From contig NC_068983.1 of assembly GCF_001194135.2 (NCBI RefSeq), positions 57,743,880-57,793,264 of the forward strand: a DNA stretch of 49,385 nucleotides, given 5' to 3'. Under the pieces are notes generated by a model, which did not search any database, was not told the DNA's origin, and saw only the letters and a list, made by a program, of their open reading frames with translations. A program made the position numbers and the translations under genes. Within the stretch, counting starts at the first letter, position 1, and the number at the start of each line of letters is the position of its first letter. The DNA is from Octopus bimaculoides (taxonomy: Eukaryota). This document shows positions 24,100 through 36,200 of the stretch, piece by piece.

Positions 24100-24310
24100 A
24101 TTTCTAATTGAGACAATAAACCAGTAATTTTGAGAGAAGGTGCCAGTTGGTTACATCAATCCTAGAATTTGAGGCATACCATACTATAATTCACTGATCC
24201 CAGAAGGATGAAAAAGAAAGTCGATCTCAGCTGGATTTGAACCCAGAATATCAAGAATCGGAACAAATACCGCAAGGCAATCATTTGATACTCTCCCAAC
24301 TCGCTGCCTG
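24100..24310 (-). mobile_element. SINE family B, diverged
   Basis: GATCCCAGAAGGATGAAAAAGAAAGTCGATCTCAGCTGGATTTGAACCCAGAA. Confidence 0.7.
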
Positions 24311-25287
24311 ACAACAACAATAACAAAAGTATTTCTTGGTTTGTTGCGAAAAGAAATCAACATATTTATACACCAGTCTTAGTCACCTAAGCCAACCAGC
24401 TAAGATTATCTGATAGTTTGCAATATTAAGTGGGTGGTTCAGAAAAAATCTTCTAGATTTTTTTCCCTCAAAACCGTACTGACCTTTGTTATCTGAATTC
24501 AATTACCTAATAGCTATAACCTTTAGCTAATGTCCGGCTGGCTCAACTTGCTAATTTTCTATTGATTTAGACTTCTCTATCAGGTGGCAAAATTTTAGAT
24601 TTGTTTTTTATTTAATTTTAGCTCTTTCTTTTCATTGCGTATCTTTATGAAAGTTGTATCAAGGGAGGCAAAGCATTGTTAGTATTTTGTCTTATATCTT
24701 TATTATTATTTCTTACATTTCTTTTCTTCTTTTTTATTTTTTCTCCCATTTTCTTCTTAAAGTGCATTTCCCCTGTCGAATCAGTACTTCCAAATGGAAA
24801 AATATTTCAGGATTTTTCATACATACATCTACACATACATATATATACACACACACTTATATAAATCACAGCAGTAGCTAAGTCATAATTCATTTTTGTA
24901 TTAATAATATTTTGGCTTCAACTTTTGACCTCTATATAAGCCATACGCTGCTTTTTATAAATTTTGCTTGAAACTTCACTTGTGGTTGGTTACATTTAAC
25001 TTTAAAAATATAATTAATTACTTGACAAAGCTATGCACACACAAGTAAATTTATTATTTACTGTTTAAATTTAAAAACCACAGTTCTTGGCGGGCTGTGA
25101 ATGATTTTATGTCTAGTTAATGAAGCATAGCATTGCTGAAACACACATCCTGTGGTCTGAAGAAGCCATTCATAGTCCAGCGCTTTGTTTTTTTTTTATA
25201 TGCTGTTTATAAGGAGAAATTCTCTTTCAAAACAATTTGCTTGTCTGAATGTTTAAGACAAATATCTGAAATGTTTATCTTCTACCA

Positions 25288-25329
<42 letters not shown>

Positions 25330-25333
<4 letters not shown>

Positions 25334-25640
25334 CAACCCATGCTAGCATGGAAAGCGGATGTTAAATGATGATGATGATGATGATATATATATATATATA
25401 TATGAAATTAAATTCGATGTCTGGCACCCGTGCCAGTGGAGTGCTAAGAGCACCATCCGAGCGTCATCATTGCCAGAGCAGCTGTCTGGCTTCCATGCCA
25501 GTGGCACATAAATAGCACCATTTGAGCACCATTTTTTGCCACAAGGTGCTGCTTGGGGATAGGGATTAAGTCAATTACATTGACACCAGTGTTTCACTGG
25601 TATTTATTTTATCAACCCCAAAATAATGGAAGGCAATATT
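25330..25640. mobile_element. Fragments of family C (tail and internal units) and family B
   Basis: GTCCAACCCATGCTAGCATGGAAAGCGGATGTTAAATGATG; GGCACCCGTGCCAGTGG units; CTGGTATTTATTTTATCAACCCC. Confidence 0.7.
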
Positions 25641-26024
25641 CCACATTTGAATATATACAAACATGTTAAATATAATTGTACACATCTTCATTTTAATCAT
25701 CTCAACTTAATGCATCCCTAATTAATTTAAATGTGTGTGTGTGCGTGTGTGTGTGTGTGTGTGTGAGTGTGTGTGTGTGTGTGTGCATGTGTATGTATAT
25801 TGGAATTAATGTTTTCCGTTGACATCTAAATAAATAGCTAAACCATATATATATATATCATAATCTCTCCATGACCTATGTCTGGAATGTATATGTGAGC
25901 TGGTGCTTTTAAATCATCATTTCTCAAGTGACTAACCATATATTTGAAGGATTTAATGGGAATGAGAATTTTAGTCGACCAACAGAGTACAGTTCATGTA
26001 TATTTCATACATACGGAAGGTGAG

Positions 26025-26240
26025 TATTACTCTTTACTCTTTTACTCATTTCAAATATTTGACTGCGCCCATGCTGGAGCACCGCCTTTATAGTCGAGCA
26101 AATCAACCCCAAAGCTTATTCTTTGTAAACCTAGTACTTATTCTATCGGTCTCTTTTGCCGAACTGCTAAGTTACATGAATGCAAACACACCAGCATCAG
26201 TTATCAAGCGATGTTGGGGGACAAACAGACACACAAACAT
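26025..26240 (-). mobile_element. SINE family A 3' half
   Basis: TACTCTTTTACTC...CATGCTGGAGCACCGCC...GCGATGTTGGGGGACAAACAGACACAC. Confidence 0.85.
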
Positions 26241-26307
26241 ATACTCTAAGCCATATTACAGAGATGTTTGTAAGAAATATGAATGTCATCATTATTAATA
26301 CAAAACC

Positions 26308-26590
26308 CATGGCGGCGAACTGGCAGAGTCGTTAGCACACCGGGCAAAATACTTTGTCATATTTCGTTCATATTCACATTCGGAGTTCAAATTCAACCGA
26401 GGTCAACTTTGCCTTTCGTCCTTTCAGGGTCGATCAAATAAGAACTAGTTATGCCCTGGGGTTGATCTAACAGACCTAGACCATTTGTCTGTCCTTTTTT
26501 TGTCCCCTCTGTGTGTAGCTCATTGTGGNNNNNNNNNNTGTCCTTTTTTTGTCCCCTCTGTGTGTAGCTCATTGTGGGCAGTAAAGAAAT

Positions 26591-26595
<5 letters not shown>
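26308..26595 (+). mobile_element. SINE family B with the alternative TGTCCCCTCTG tail, followed by (GATA)n
   Basis: GGCGGCGAACTGGCAGAGTCGTTAGCAC...GAGTTCAAATT...GGTCAACTTTGCCTTTCGTCCTTTCAGGGTCGAT. Confidence 0.85.
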
Positions 26596-26622
<27 letters not shown>

Positions 26623-27424
26623 CAGACAGACAAACAGACAGGCTGGCAGGCAGACAGGTAGGTAGATAGGTAGACAGAGATAAAGACAGTCTGATAAACT
26701 GACATACAAAGTTACAGATAAATAGATGAGTAAAGAGATAGATAAATGGACGGACGGTTGGTTGGAATGACAAAAAGAGACTGATAGAGAGATGGACAAA
26801 AGAATGGCTGGATGAATAAACAGATGGATAGGTAGCTGGACGGATATAAAGATTAGTAGATAAAAAAAGATATCTAGGTAGTAGTAAAGAACACACATAC
26901 ATGCATTCACACACATACACAAATATACATACATACATGCACGCAAACAAGATATAAAAAAAAGTGCATTATCTCCTTTGCAGGCGCTGCAAATAAGAAG
27001 CAATCAATTTTATTTCATCACTTCTTCACAGAATCAATGAAAATAGACTTAAGGTTTTTAGATAAAACTTCTAATAGACACCATTATAGCTGTTTAGGAC
27101 GTTATCTTCACTTAGTGTCCCACGCCCCACCATCAGACCAGCTGCAACCAATATTACACCATTGGCCAAAGCTATCTTTTAAAACAGATAAAGACCAGAT
27201 TTAATTAGAGGGAGACCTTAACACTCATATACACGCGCATGCACACACACACAAGCACATACATAGATGGGTGTGTACAGAAACAGGCAGATATATAGGT
27301 AGATGGAGATGAACACTCAAAGACATACACACTAACGTTCATAAACACATGCATGAAATAGCAGCAGCATGAAGGCACGCAAACCATTTATTAACTCCGT
27401 TGTTATCAACAGCAGCATTGTTTG

Positions 27425-28030
27425 TATCTTACTATTATCATCATTTGCAGCATCACCATCATCAACATCACCAACACCATCAGCATCATCAACATCATCA
27501 CCATCATCATCACCATCATCATCAACATCAAACCATCATCACTGCCACCATCACCTACCTCTGCCATTGTCATCATAATCATCATCATCATCGTTGTCAT
27601 CGTCTCCATCATCATCNNNNNNNNNNCAAACCATCATCACTGCCACCATCACCTACCTCTGCCATTGTCATCATAATCATCATCATCATCGTTGTCATCG
27701 TCTCCATCATCATCGTTATTGTCGTCATCGTCATCATCATTACCGTTATTCATTATCATCACCATCAACATTATCACTGTTATAGTCACGAACATCCTTT
27801 GTCTTCATCATTGTCATCAACATCATAATCAACATCATCATTGTCGCTGCCATTGTTTTTGTTGCTGCTGTTGTCCTCACCATTATCATCATCATCAACA
27901 TCATTTTTGATAGTCATCATTGTCCTCTATATCCTTATCATCATGCTGACGATGATAATGATGACAATGACGATAATGATGATGACAGAGATGATAACAA
28001 TGAAGGAGATGATGATGATGATGACAATAA
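27425..28030. repeat. (CAT/CAC)n then (GAT)n degenerate arrays
   Basis: Direct inspection. Confidence 0.9.
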
Positions 28031-28758
28031 AAACCATGATTTTGTTAGGCAAAATCAATACTTATATGAAATAACATAAGTCACTGCTTTACACTTTCAT
28101 CTTGCATTTTGATATTTCGGGTAAAGGTCCCCTCTTCAAGAACAGAAATCGAAGATTTAGTTTTGAGATCTATGTTTTCTGTTCGATAGCATGTGTTTTT
28201 GTGTCTGTAAATTTCTGTATAGGATTTTGTACGTGCACAACATAATAGCAAATTAGTAGATCATTTCAGTCATTAATGCCAGGTTTGGTTTTACTAAGGA
28301 TGATACCATGTATTATTTTCAGGTTCTGAATATTTCACAACACAAAATCTCCCGTTTCTTTTTCATGAAGAGGGGATTTAAAACGAAAAATATAGAATAT
28401 AAAACAAAGTGCAAACCATTGATTTATCTTTTGTCTTAAAACTCATACTGTTTTGGTTTTTCAAAAAACATAGAAATATTTTCTCTATATCTCACAGTGT
28501 TTAAGTTTAAATTATTTTTCTTTTTCTTCCAAAGTACATCTCATGGATGCTCTTGGATATATGACCAGTGATCAATCTGGGATCTTAGGGAATTTTGGTT
28601 CTTTTAGTATCAAATATCCTCGTCCAATTGAGCCTGCTGGAATTGGTCATGTCCCTTGCATCCTAGCAGCAGCAAAGAGTCAGTCAATCATTTTTTTTAT
28701 TCAAGGCTGCCCAGTGCCCTATATTTATATATATATATATATATATATGTTTGTATAT

Positions 28759-28876
28759 CGAAGAGCGTAGGCTTGAAATATAAAAGACTTTCTCACTTCC
28801 CGAGCGTTAAACTAATACATCTGTTTGTTGTTTACACACCCATCTTTGTCTTTCGTTTTTTTTGTAAATTCTCACT
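28759..28876 (+). mobile_element. Penelope-like pLTR-type repeat (family F), with a truncated and decayed hammerhead part
   Basis: GAAGAGCGTAGGCTTGAAATATAAAAGACTTTCTCACTTCCCGAGCG...ACTAATACATCTGTTTG, homologous to 32888-33022; flanked by (TA)n on both sides. Confidence 0.65.
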
Positions 28877-30671
28877 ATATATATATATATACACACATTT
28901 ATATATATATATATTCAAAAACAGCTAAATTTATGAAAGAGTCTTGTATTCGAAAGAGTCATATAGCTATAAAATTAGATATACCACAGAATTGGATGAA
29001 TAAAGCTATTAACGATGTTAAAGTCTTATGTTATTTATGAAACCCGGCTATTAACAGACATAATCCATACAAGTAGAGGTGTAGAAGCAGAGACAAGGAA
29101 AGATCAACCAATACACACTCACACACTCACACAAGCATATATATATATATACATATATATATATACATACATGTATGTGTGTATGTACAATGAGTTATAA
29201 CTCAGTGTAACAGAAGTCTATAGTGCATAATTTAAATGGTCAATGTGATGTTAGTGAAATATAAGAACTTCTGCTAAAGTGACATTTCAGATCAAATATC
29301 TTGTGTAAGTGATACAAGAATGGAATATGCACGGACATATGCACACACACACGCACGCACACACGCATGCATGCATGGAAGCAAGCAGGCACGGGCACAT
29401 TCATATATTCAAACACAGGCAGACANNNNNNNNNNNNNNNNNNNNNNNNNNNNNNNNNNNNNNNNNNNNNNNNNNNNNNNNNNNNNNNNNNNNNNNNNNN
29501 NNNNNNNNNNNNNNNNNNNNNNNNNNNNNNNNNNNNNNNNNNNNNNNNNNNNNNNNNNNNNNNNNNNNNNNNNNNNNNNNNNNNNNNNNNNNNNNNNNNN
29601 NNNNNNNNNNNNNNNNNNNNNNNNNNNNNNNNNNNNNNNNNNNNNNNNNNNNNNNNNNNNNNNNNNNNNNNNNNNNNNNNNNNNNNNNNNNNNNNNNNNN
29701 NNNNNNNNNNNNNNNNNNNNNNNNNNNNNNNNNNNNNNNNNNNNNNNNNNNNNNNNNNNNNNNNNNNNNNNNNNNNNNNNNNNNNNNNNNNNNNNNNNNN
29801 NNNNNNNNNNNNNNNNNNNNNNNNNNNNNNNNNNNNNNNNNNNNNNNNNNNNNNNNNNNNNNNNNNNNNNNNNNNNNNNNNNNNNNNNNNNNNNNNNNNN
29901 NNNNNNNNNNNNNNNNNNNNNNNNNNNNNNNNNNNNNNNNNNNNNNNNNNNNNNNNNNNNNNNNNNNNNNNNNNNNNNNNNNNNNNNNNNNNNNNNNNNN
30001 NNNNNNNNNNNNNNNNNNNNNNNNNNNNNNNNNNNNNNNNNNNNNNNNNNNNNNNNNNNNNNNNNNNNNNNNNNNNNNNNNNNNNNNNNNNNNNNNNNNN
30101 NNNNNNNNNNNNNNNNNNNNNNNNNNNNNNNNNNNNNNNNNNNNNNNNNNNNNNNNNNNNNNNNNNNNNNNNNNNNNNNNNNNNNNNNNNNNNNNNNNNN
30201 NNNNNNNNNNNNNNNNNNNNNNNNNNNNNNNNNNNNNNNNNNNNNNNNNNNNNNNNNNNNNNNNNNNNNNNNNNNNNNNNNNNNNNNNNNNNNNNNNNNN
30301 NNNNNNNNNNNNNNNNNNNNNNNNNNNNNNNNNNNNNNNNNNNNNNNNNNNNNNNNNNNNNNNNNNNNATACACAAATGCACACACACACACACATACAC
30401 ACAAACACACACATTCTTGCTAGTATTTACATGTACATACACGTTCACACTAATGCAGACATGTACTCATACAGTGACCTGTTCATACACACACAGTTAT
30501 ATCCTCACATACACACATATTCATTCATATGTTATTTGCATACACATATACATACATTCACACATATTCAAACATAGAAACGCATACATTTACAAACACA
30601 CACATACACACACACCCTTCACCAGCACACACACACACACACACAGATCCTCCTCCAGCACACACAGACAA

Positions 30672-30703
<32 letters not shown>

Positions 30704-30952
30704 CCTCCTCCAGCACACACACAACCACACCCTTCTACAGCACACACACACACACAAAGAGTTCTGAGCATATAAAGACTGAGAAACATAAAAGTGTAAC
30801 TACAGTTATGTATAGTTTGACATTTTCTGAAATAGAATTTGATTCTCCACAAGATTTATCAAAGCGAAATGGCAAAGGGAAGAACTTCATCCTGACTAGA
30901 GGTGACTGTAGTTTCAGAAATCTTTCTGTTACACACACACACACACGTGTAT

Positions 30953-30954
<2 letters not shown>

Positions 30955-30988
<34 letters not shown>

Positions 30989-31125
30989 GTCATCATTTGA
31001 TGTCCATTTCTCATGCTGTTATGGGTTCGGCTATTTGATAGGAGCTGGCAAGTTAGAGAACTGCACTAGTCTCCATTGTGTCTTTTAGTATGGTGCCAGA
31101 ATGGATGCCTTTTAAGTGGCACCAG
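30955..31125 (-). mobile_element. Family C retroposon, partial
   Basis: (CAT)n-TTTGATGTCC.TTTCTCATGCTG...GGATGCCTTT. Confidence 0.65.
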
Positions 31126-31130
31126 CATAC

Positions 31131-31198
<68 letters not shown>

Positions 31199-31984
31199 AT
31201 ATATATATATATATNNNNNNNNNNNNNNNNNNNNNNNNNNNNNNNNNNNNNNNNNNNNNNNNNNNNNNNNNNNNNNNNNNNNNNNNNNNNNNNNNNNNNN
31301 NNNNNNNNNNNNNNNNNNNNNNNNNNNNNNNNNNNNNNNNNNNNNNNNNNNNNNNNNNNNNNNNNNNNNNNNNNNNNNNNNNNNNNNNNNNNNNNNNNNN
31401 NNNNNNNNNNNNNNNNNNNNNNNNNNNNNNNNNNNNNNNNNNNNNNNNNNNNNNNNNNNNNNNNNNNNNNNNNNNNNNNNNNNNNNNNNNNNNNNNNNNN
31501 NNNNNNNNNNNNNNNNNNNNNNNNNNNNNNNNNNNNNNNNNNNNNNNNNNNNNNNNNNNNNNNNNNNNNNNNNNNNNNNNNNNNNNNNNNNNNNNNNNNN
31601 NNNNNNNNNNNNNNNNNNNNNNNNNNNNNNNNNNNNNNNNNNNNNNNNNNNNNNNNNNNNNNNNNNNNNNNNNNNNNNNNNNNNNNNNNNNNNNNNNNNN
31701 NNNNNNNNNNNNNNNNNNNNNNNNNNNNNNNNNNNNNNNNNNNNNNNNNNNNNNNNNNNNNNNNNNNNNNNNNNNNNNNNNNNNNNNNNNNNNNNNNNNN
31801 NNNNNNNNNNNNNNNNNNNNNNNNNNNNNNNNNNNNNNNNNNNNNNNNNNNNNNNNNNNNNNNNNNNNNNNNNNNNNNNNNNNNNNNNNNNNNNNNNNNN
31901 NNNNNNNNNNNNNNNNNNNNNNNNGGACAACATAAAGAACAACCGTTCACCAGTTGGCTGTTTTTCTATATATATATATATATA

Positions 31985-32162
31985 AACGCATACATGTAAA
32001 TACTAAGGCATGGATGTATGGTGAAACAACTTGCTTTACAACCCTGACGTTTTGGTATCAGTTCTCCTGCATGATTGTGGAAGTGTTTTTCTCCTCTAGT
32101 CACAGGGTGACCAAAACCTTTGTGAGTAGATATGGCAGATGTAAAACGATAGAAGCCTGCTG
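31985..32162 (+). mobile_element. SINE family A head half, diverged
   Basis: GGCATGGATGTATGGT...GACCAAAACCTTTGTGAGTAGAT...AGAAGCC. Confidence 0.6.
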
Positions 32163-32385
32163 AATCTATCTGTCTATCTATTTATCTGTTTATCTATCTA
32201 TCTATTTATTTATCTATCTGTTTAAGTAGCTAGCTATCGATCTATTAATTTATCTGCCCGTCTATCAATGTAGCTCTCTATCTACCTACCTACCTATTTC
32301 TTTATCTATCTAGCTATATATGTACCTATTTATTTATCTATCTACCTATCTATTTATTTAACTAGCTAGCTATCGATCTATCTAT

Positions 32386-32419
<34 letters not shown>

Positions 32420-32887
32420 NNNNNNNNNNNNNNNNNNNNNNNNNNNNNNNNNNNNNNNNNNNNNNNNNNNNNNNNNNNNNNNNNNNNNNNNNNNNNNNNN
32501 NNNNNNNNNNNNNNNNNNNCATATACATATGTGTGTGTGCATCTCTTTTGAATGTATATTCACTCATTCCTCACTCTCATTCTTCATATTCAATAGAGAA
32601 TTTCTTTCTGAATACCATATTTCAGGCACCGTTTCATTCCCTTTATTCAGGAGCAAAGAACTGCATGAAAACATCAATAAATTAATAATTACATAGGTAT
32701 AAAAAAAAATAGGCTGTGTGCTTAAATGACCAAGTTATTGGGAAAGGTTCCTGTTGAATGTGTCTGGCATGAAGTCTTTTGTTAGGCTCAAGAATTTGCA
32801 CTTTTGCAGAATTTTAATATGTAAATATATGTGCTCGCGTATACATACATAATGTATGTATATGAATATGTTTATCTATATATATAT

Positions 32888-32924
32888 TCTTTCTGTTGAA
32901 GAGCGTAGCTCGAAACGTCAAAGA
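32888..32924 (+). ncRNA. Putative minimal type I hammerhead ribozyme, variant core CUGUUGA (family F)
   Basis: UCUUU-CUGUUGA-A-GAGC-GUA-GCUC-GAAAC-GUC-AAAGA: stem I 5/5 bp, stem II 4/4 bp, palindromic ACGU stem III, GUC triplet. A6 is U. Confidence 0.6.
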
Positions 32925-33675
32925 CTTTCCGTATTCCCGAGCGTCATACTAATATATACTTTTGTTATTTACACCACCTGTCCTCGTCTGTTGTTATTAT
33001 TTGTATATTCTCCCATATATATATGTAANNNNNNNNNNNNNNNNNNNNNNNNNNNNNNNNNNNNNNNNNNNNNNNNNNNNNNNNNNNNNNNNNNNNNNNN
33101 NNNNNNNNNNNNNNNNNNNNNNNNNNNNNNNNNNNNNNNNNNNNNNNNNNNNNNNNNNNNNNNNNNNNNNNNNNNNNNNNNNNNNNNNNNNNNNNNNNNN
33201 NNNNNNNNNNNNNNNNNNNNNNNNNNNNNNNNNNNNNNNNNNNNNNNNNNNNNNNNNNNNNNNNNNNNNNNNNNNNNNNNNNNNNNNNNNNNNNNNNNNN
33301 NNNNNNNNNNNNNNNNNNNNNNNNNNNNNNNNNNNNNNNNNNNNNNNNNNNNNNNNNNNNNNNNNNNNNNNNNNNNNNNNNNNNNNNNNNNNNNNNNNNN
33401 NNNNNNNNNNNNNNNNNNNNNNNNNNNNNNNNNNNNNNNNNNNNNNNNNNNNNNNNNNNNNNNNNNNNNNNNNNNNNNNNNNNNNNNNNNNNNNNNNNNN
33501 NNNNNNNNNNNNNNNNNNNNNNNNNNNNNNNNNNNNNNNNNNNNNNNNNNNNNNNNNNNNNNNNNNNNNNNNNGCTCAAGAATTTGCACTTTTGCAGAAT
33601 TTTAATATGTAAATATATGTGCTCGTGTATACATACATAATGTATGTATATGAATATGTTTATCTATATATATAT

Positions 33676-33712
33676 TCTTTCTGTTGAAGAGCGTAGCTCG
33701 AAACGTCAAAGA
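33676..33712 (+). ncRNA. Identical copy of the family F hammerhead-like motif (possible assembly duplicate)
   Basis: Same 37 nt, 788 bp downstream across an N gap. Confidence 0.5.
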
Positions 33713-33819
33713 CTTTCCGTATTCCCGAGCGTCATACTAATATATACTTTTGTTATTTACACCACCTGTCCTCGTCTGTTGTTATTATTTGTATATTCTC
33801 CCATATATATATGTAACAT

Positions 33820-34350
33820 AGGTAGATAGTTTGCTTTTGAGTAAGTCCTTCTGTATGGCACCTGGGTAAGTGTCTTCTACATAAGCCTCAGGTGGATTAG
33901 GTAGATGGAAACTGAAAGTAGCTAATCATATATTTATGTCTGTGTGCCTCATGGAGGCAAGGTGGCTGAGTTCCTTTTGAGTGTTGGGCCTCACAGAAGC
34001 AAAGTGGCTGAGTTCCTCTCAAACATTGGGCCTCATAGATCAAGGTGGCTGAGTTCCTTTTGAGCAGTGGGCCTCATGGAGGTAAAATGGCTGAATTATT
34101 TTCGAGTGTTGAGCCTTATGGAGACGATGACTAAGATCTTTGGCATTATGATGTACTTGAGTAGAAGACCCATCAAGCTGAGCAAAATCACAGTTGTGGC
34201 AGATACCTGCATCACGCAAATGGCACCTGTGGCGGTGGGTTGTAAAGGCATTCATTACACTCTTGGAGTAGTTGGTGTTAGGAAGGGCATCCGGCTATAC
34301 AAAACCATACAAATGAAACTGGAGGCTGGTGTTGAGTGGACTCCATCAAC
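33820..34350 (+). mobile_element. Family A fragment, then a family C subfamily with internal repeats of about 38 bp
   Basis: GTGGCTGAGTTCCT...GGGCCTCA repeated 4 times, then GAAGACCCATCAAGCTG...AGGAAGGGCATCC; matches 38395-38780. Confidence 0.8.
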
Positions 34351-34428
34351 CACAACATGTTGTGTTCTATTCGCCAGGAAATACTTAATCCAGTGGAGAT
34401 TTTTTTTTCCACGGATTCCAACATTTGC

Positions 34429-34485
<57 letters not shown>

Positions 34486-34834
34486 GCATATACATACACC
34501 ATACACACACATACACATATTGTTAGATCTAGATATATATATTACCGTTGCCTTCTCTCCTTTAACTACGTCTCAATATCGAATGAATTATATATGACCT
34601 TAGCATGGAGACGTATGACATGGCTGACATTTTTGAGTAATTATTAAATTATTGAATGGTTTTTCAACAACTTATCTCGTTCTCATTACGAATTGCACTC
34701 AGATATGTTGGAGTGAAAGTTTGGAGTGGAGAGAGAGAGAATATACAGAGCAATAACTGCTGATAAAAGAGATGCTTTCTGAGCAGAATGTTGTGACAGT
34801 TCATCAACTGGATCATGGAATTTAGGAAAAGAAA

Positions 34835-35230
34835 AGAGGGAGAGAGAAGGAAGAGGGGTGGAGATAGATAGAGAGAGAAAGAGGGAGGGAGGGAGAGAAA
34901 GAGAAAGAAAGAGGGAGGGAGGGAGAGAAAGAGAGAGAAAGAAAGTGAGTGAGAGAGAAAAAGAGTTTTATGTGCAAATGAGAGAGAGAGAGAAAAGAGA
35001 AGTGAGTGAGAGGGGGGAGAAGGACTGGAAAAAAACAGAGAGAGGGATAGAGAGAGAGAGGCAGTGACAGAGGGGGGGGGGACAAAGTGAGAGATAAAGA
35101 AGACACAGAGAATCGAGAGGGAAAGAGAGAGGAGATGAACTGTGAAAGAGAGCCTGAGAAAGGGACAAGGAGAGACAAAGACAGAGAGACAAGGAAAGAA
35201 ACAGAGAGAGAGAGAGAGAGAGAGAGAGTA
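34835..35230. repeat. (GA)n-rich purine tract
   Basis: Direct inspection. Confidence 0.9.
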
Positions 35231-35673
35231 AAGAGCCCTGAAAACCTTATCAATGCAAAATGGCTGTATTTTCCCTCTTCATTAGCTATGAACTCCTACA
35301 TCACCAAACCGTTTCATAGGATGTGAGGAGTTTTCTTTTTTATACAGTTTGTATAAGTAAGTTATTTTTTAAACTAGCTGACCCCATGTCATCAATAATG
35401 ACGGCTAATTGTAGTATTTTATATATAAATAAGGTACAAAATAAGGTACATAATAATCACACATACAAACATTTACATACTGCCCTTGTACACGCACAGA
35501 CATACACACATGTACTCACAAAGAGTTGAAATGCTGAGTTTTTCACCCCTCCCTTTCTCTCATTGTTATTACTTTCTTGCACTCTCTCTCAGTCGGGGCT
35601 ATTACTCTCACTACTACTCCTTCACTGAATTACTATTTTCTATCCTCCTCTGCATCCGGCGTGATTCTGGACA

Positions 35674-35938
<265 letters not shown>

Positions 35939-35939
35939 A

Positions 35940-36200
35940 TGGCATTGGTAGTTGGTACCACATAAAAAGCCGCAGTGTTGGTGGCACATACAAAGCACCC
36001 ATATCTGTGCCATGTAAAAAGCACCCAGTACACTCTGTCAGAGTGGTTGGCATTAGAAAGGGCATCGAGCTGTAGAAACCTTGCTTGGAACAGACAATGG
36101 GAACTTGTGCAGACGTCCAGATTGTCAACTCTGGTCAAACCTTCCTAGCAATAACCAACGTGGAAAATGGACGTTAAATGATGATGATGATCATGATGAC
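35940..36200 (+). mobile_element. Family C retroposon 3' part; tail merges into a (GAT/GAG)n array to about 36415
   Basis: GAGTGGTTGGCATTAGAAAGGGCATCGAGCTGTAGAAAC...GGACGTTAAATGATGATG. Confidence 0.85.

Noticed and set aside
27100-27170. CACGCCCC, CAGCTG and CCAAT/ATTGG cluster as a promoter
   Set aside because: Short motifs only, with no adjacent exon evidence.
26490-27715. Direct duplications flanking the 10-N gaps at 26529 and 27617
   Set aside because: Exact overlaps across fixed-size gaps are typical unmerged contig ends.
28120-28385. CCCCTCTTCA / TGAAGAGGGG inverted repeat as a MITE
   Set aside because: Only about 15 matching bases; no TSD or clear boundaries.
28538-28720. ORF MDALGYMTSDQSG... 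after an AAG acceptor
   Set aside because: No clear donor, it runs into (TA)n, and no family resemblance is recognisable.
30836-30902. Possible 66-nt symmetric exon (FDSPQDLSKRNGKGKNFILTR)
   Set aside because: Weak acceptor (AAATAG) and donor (GTGACT); unrecognisable peptide.
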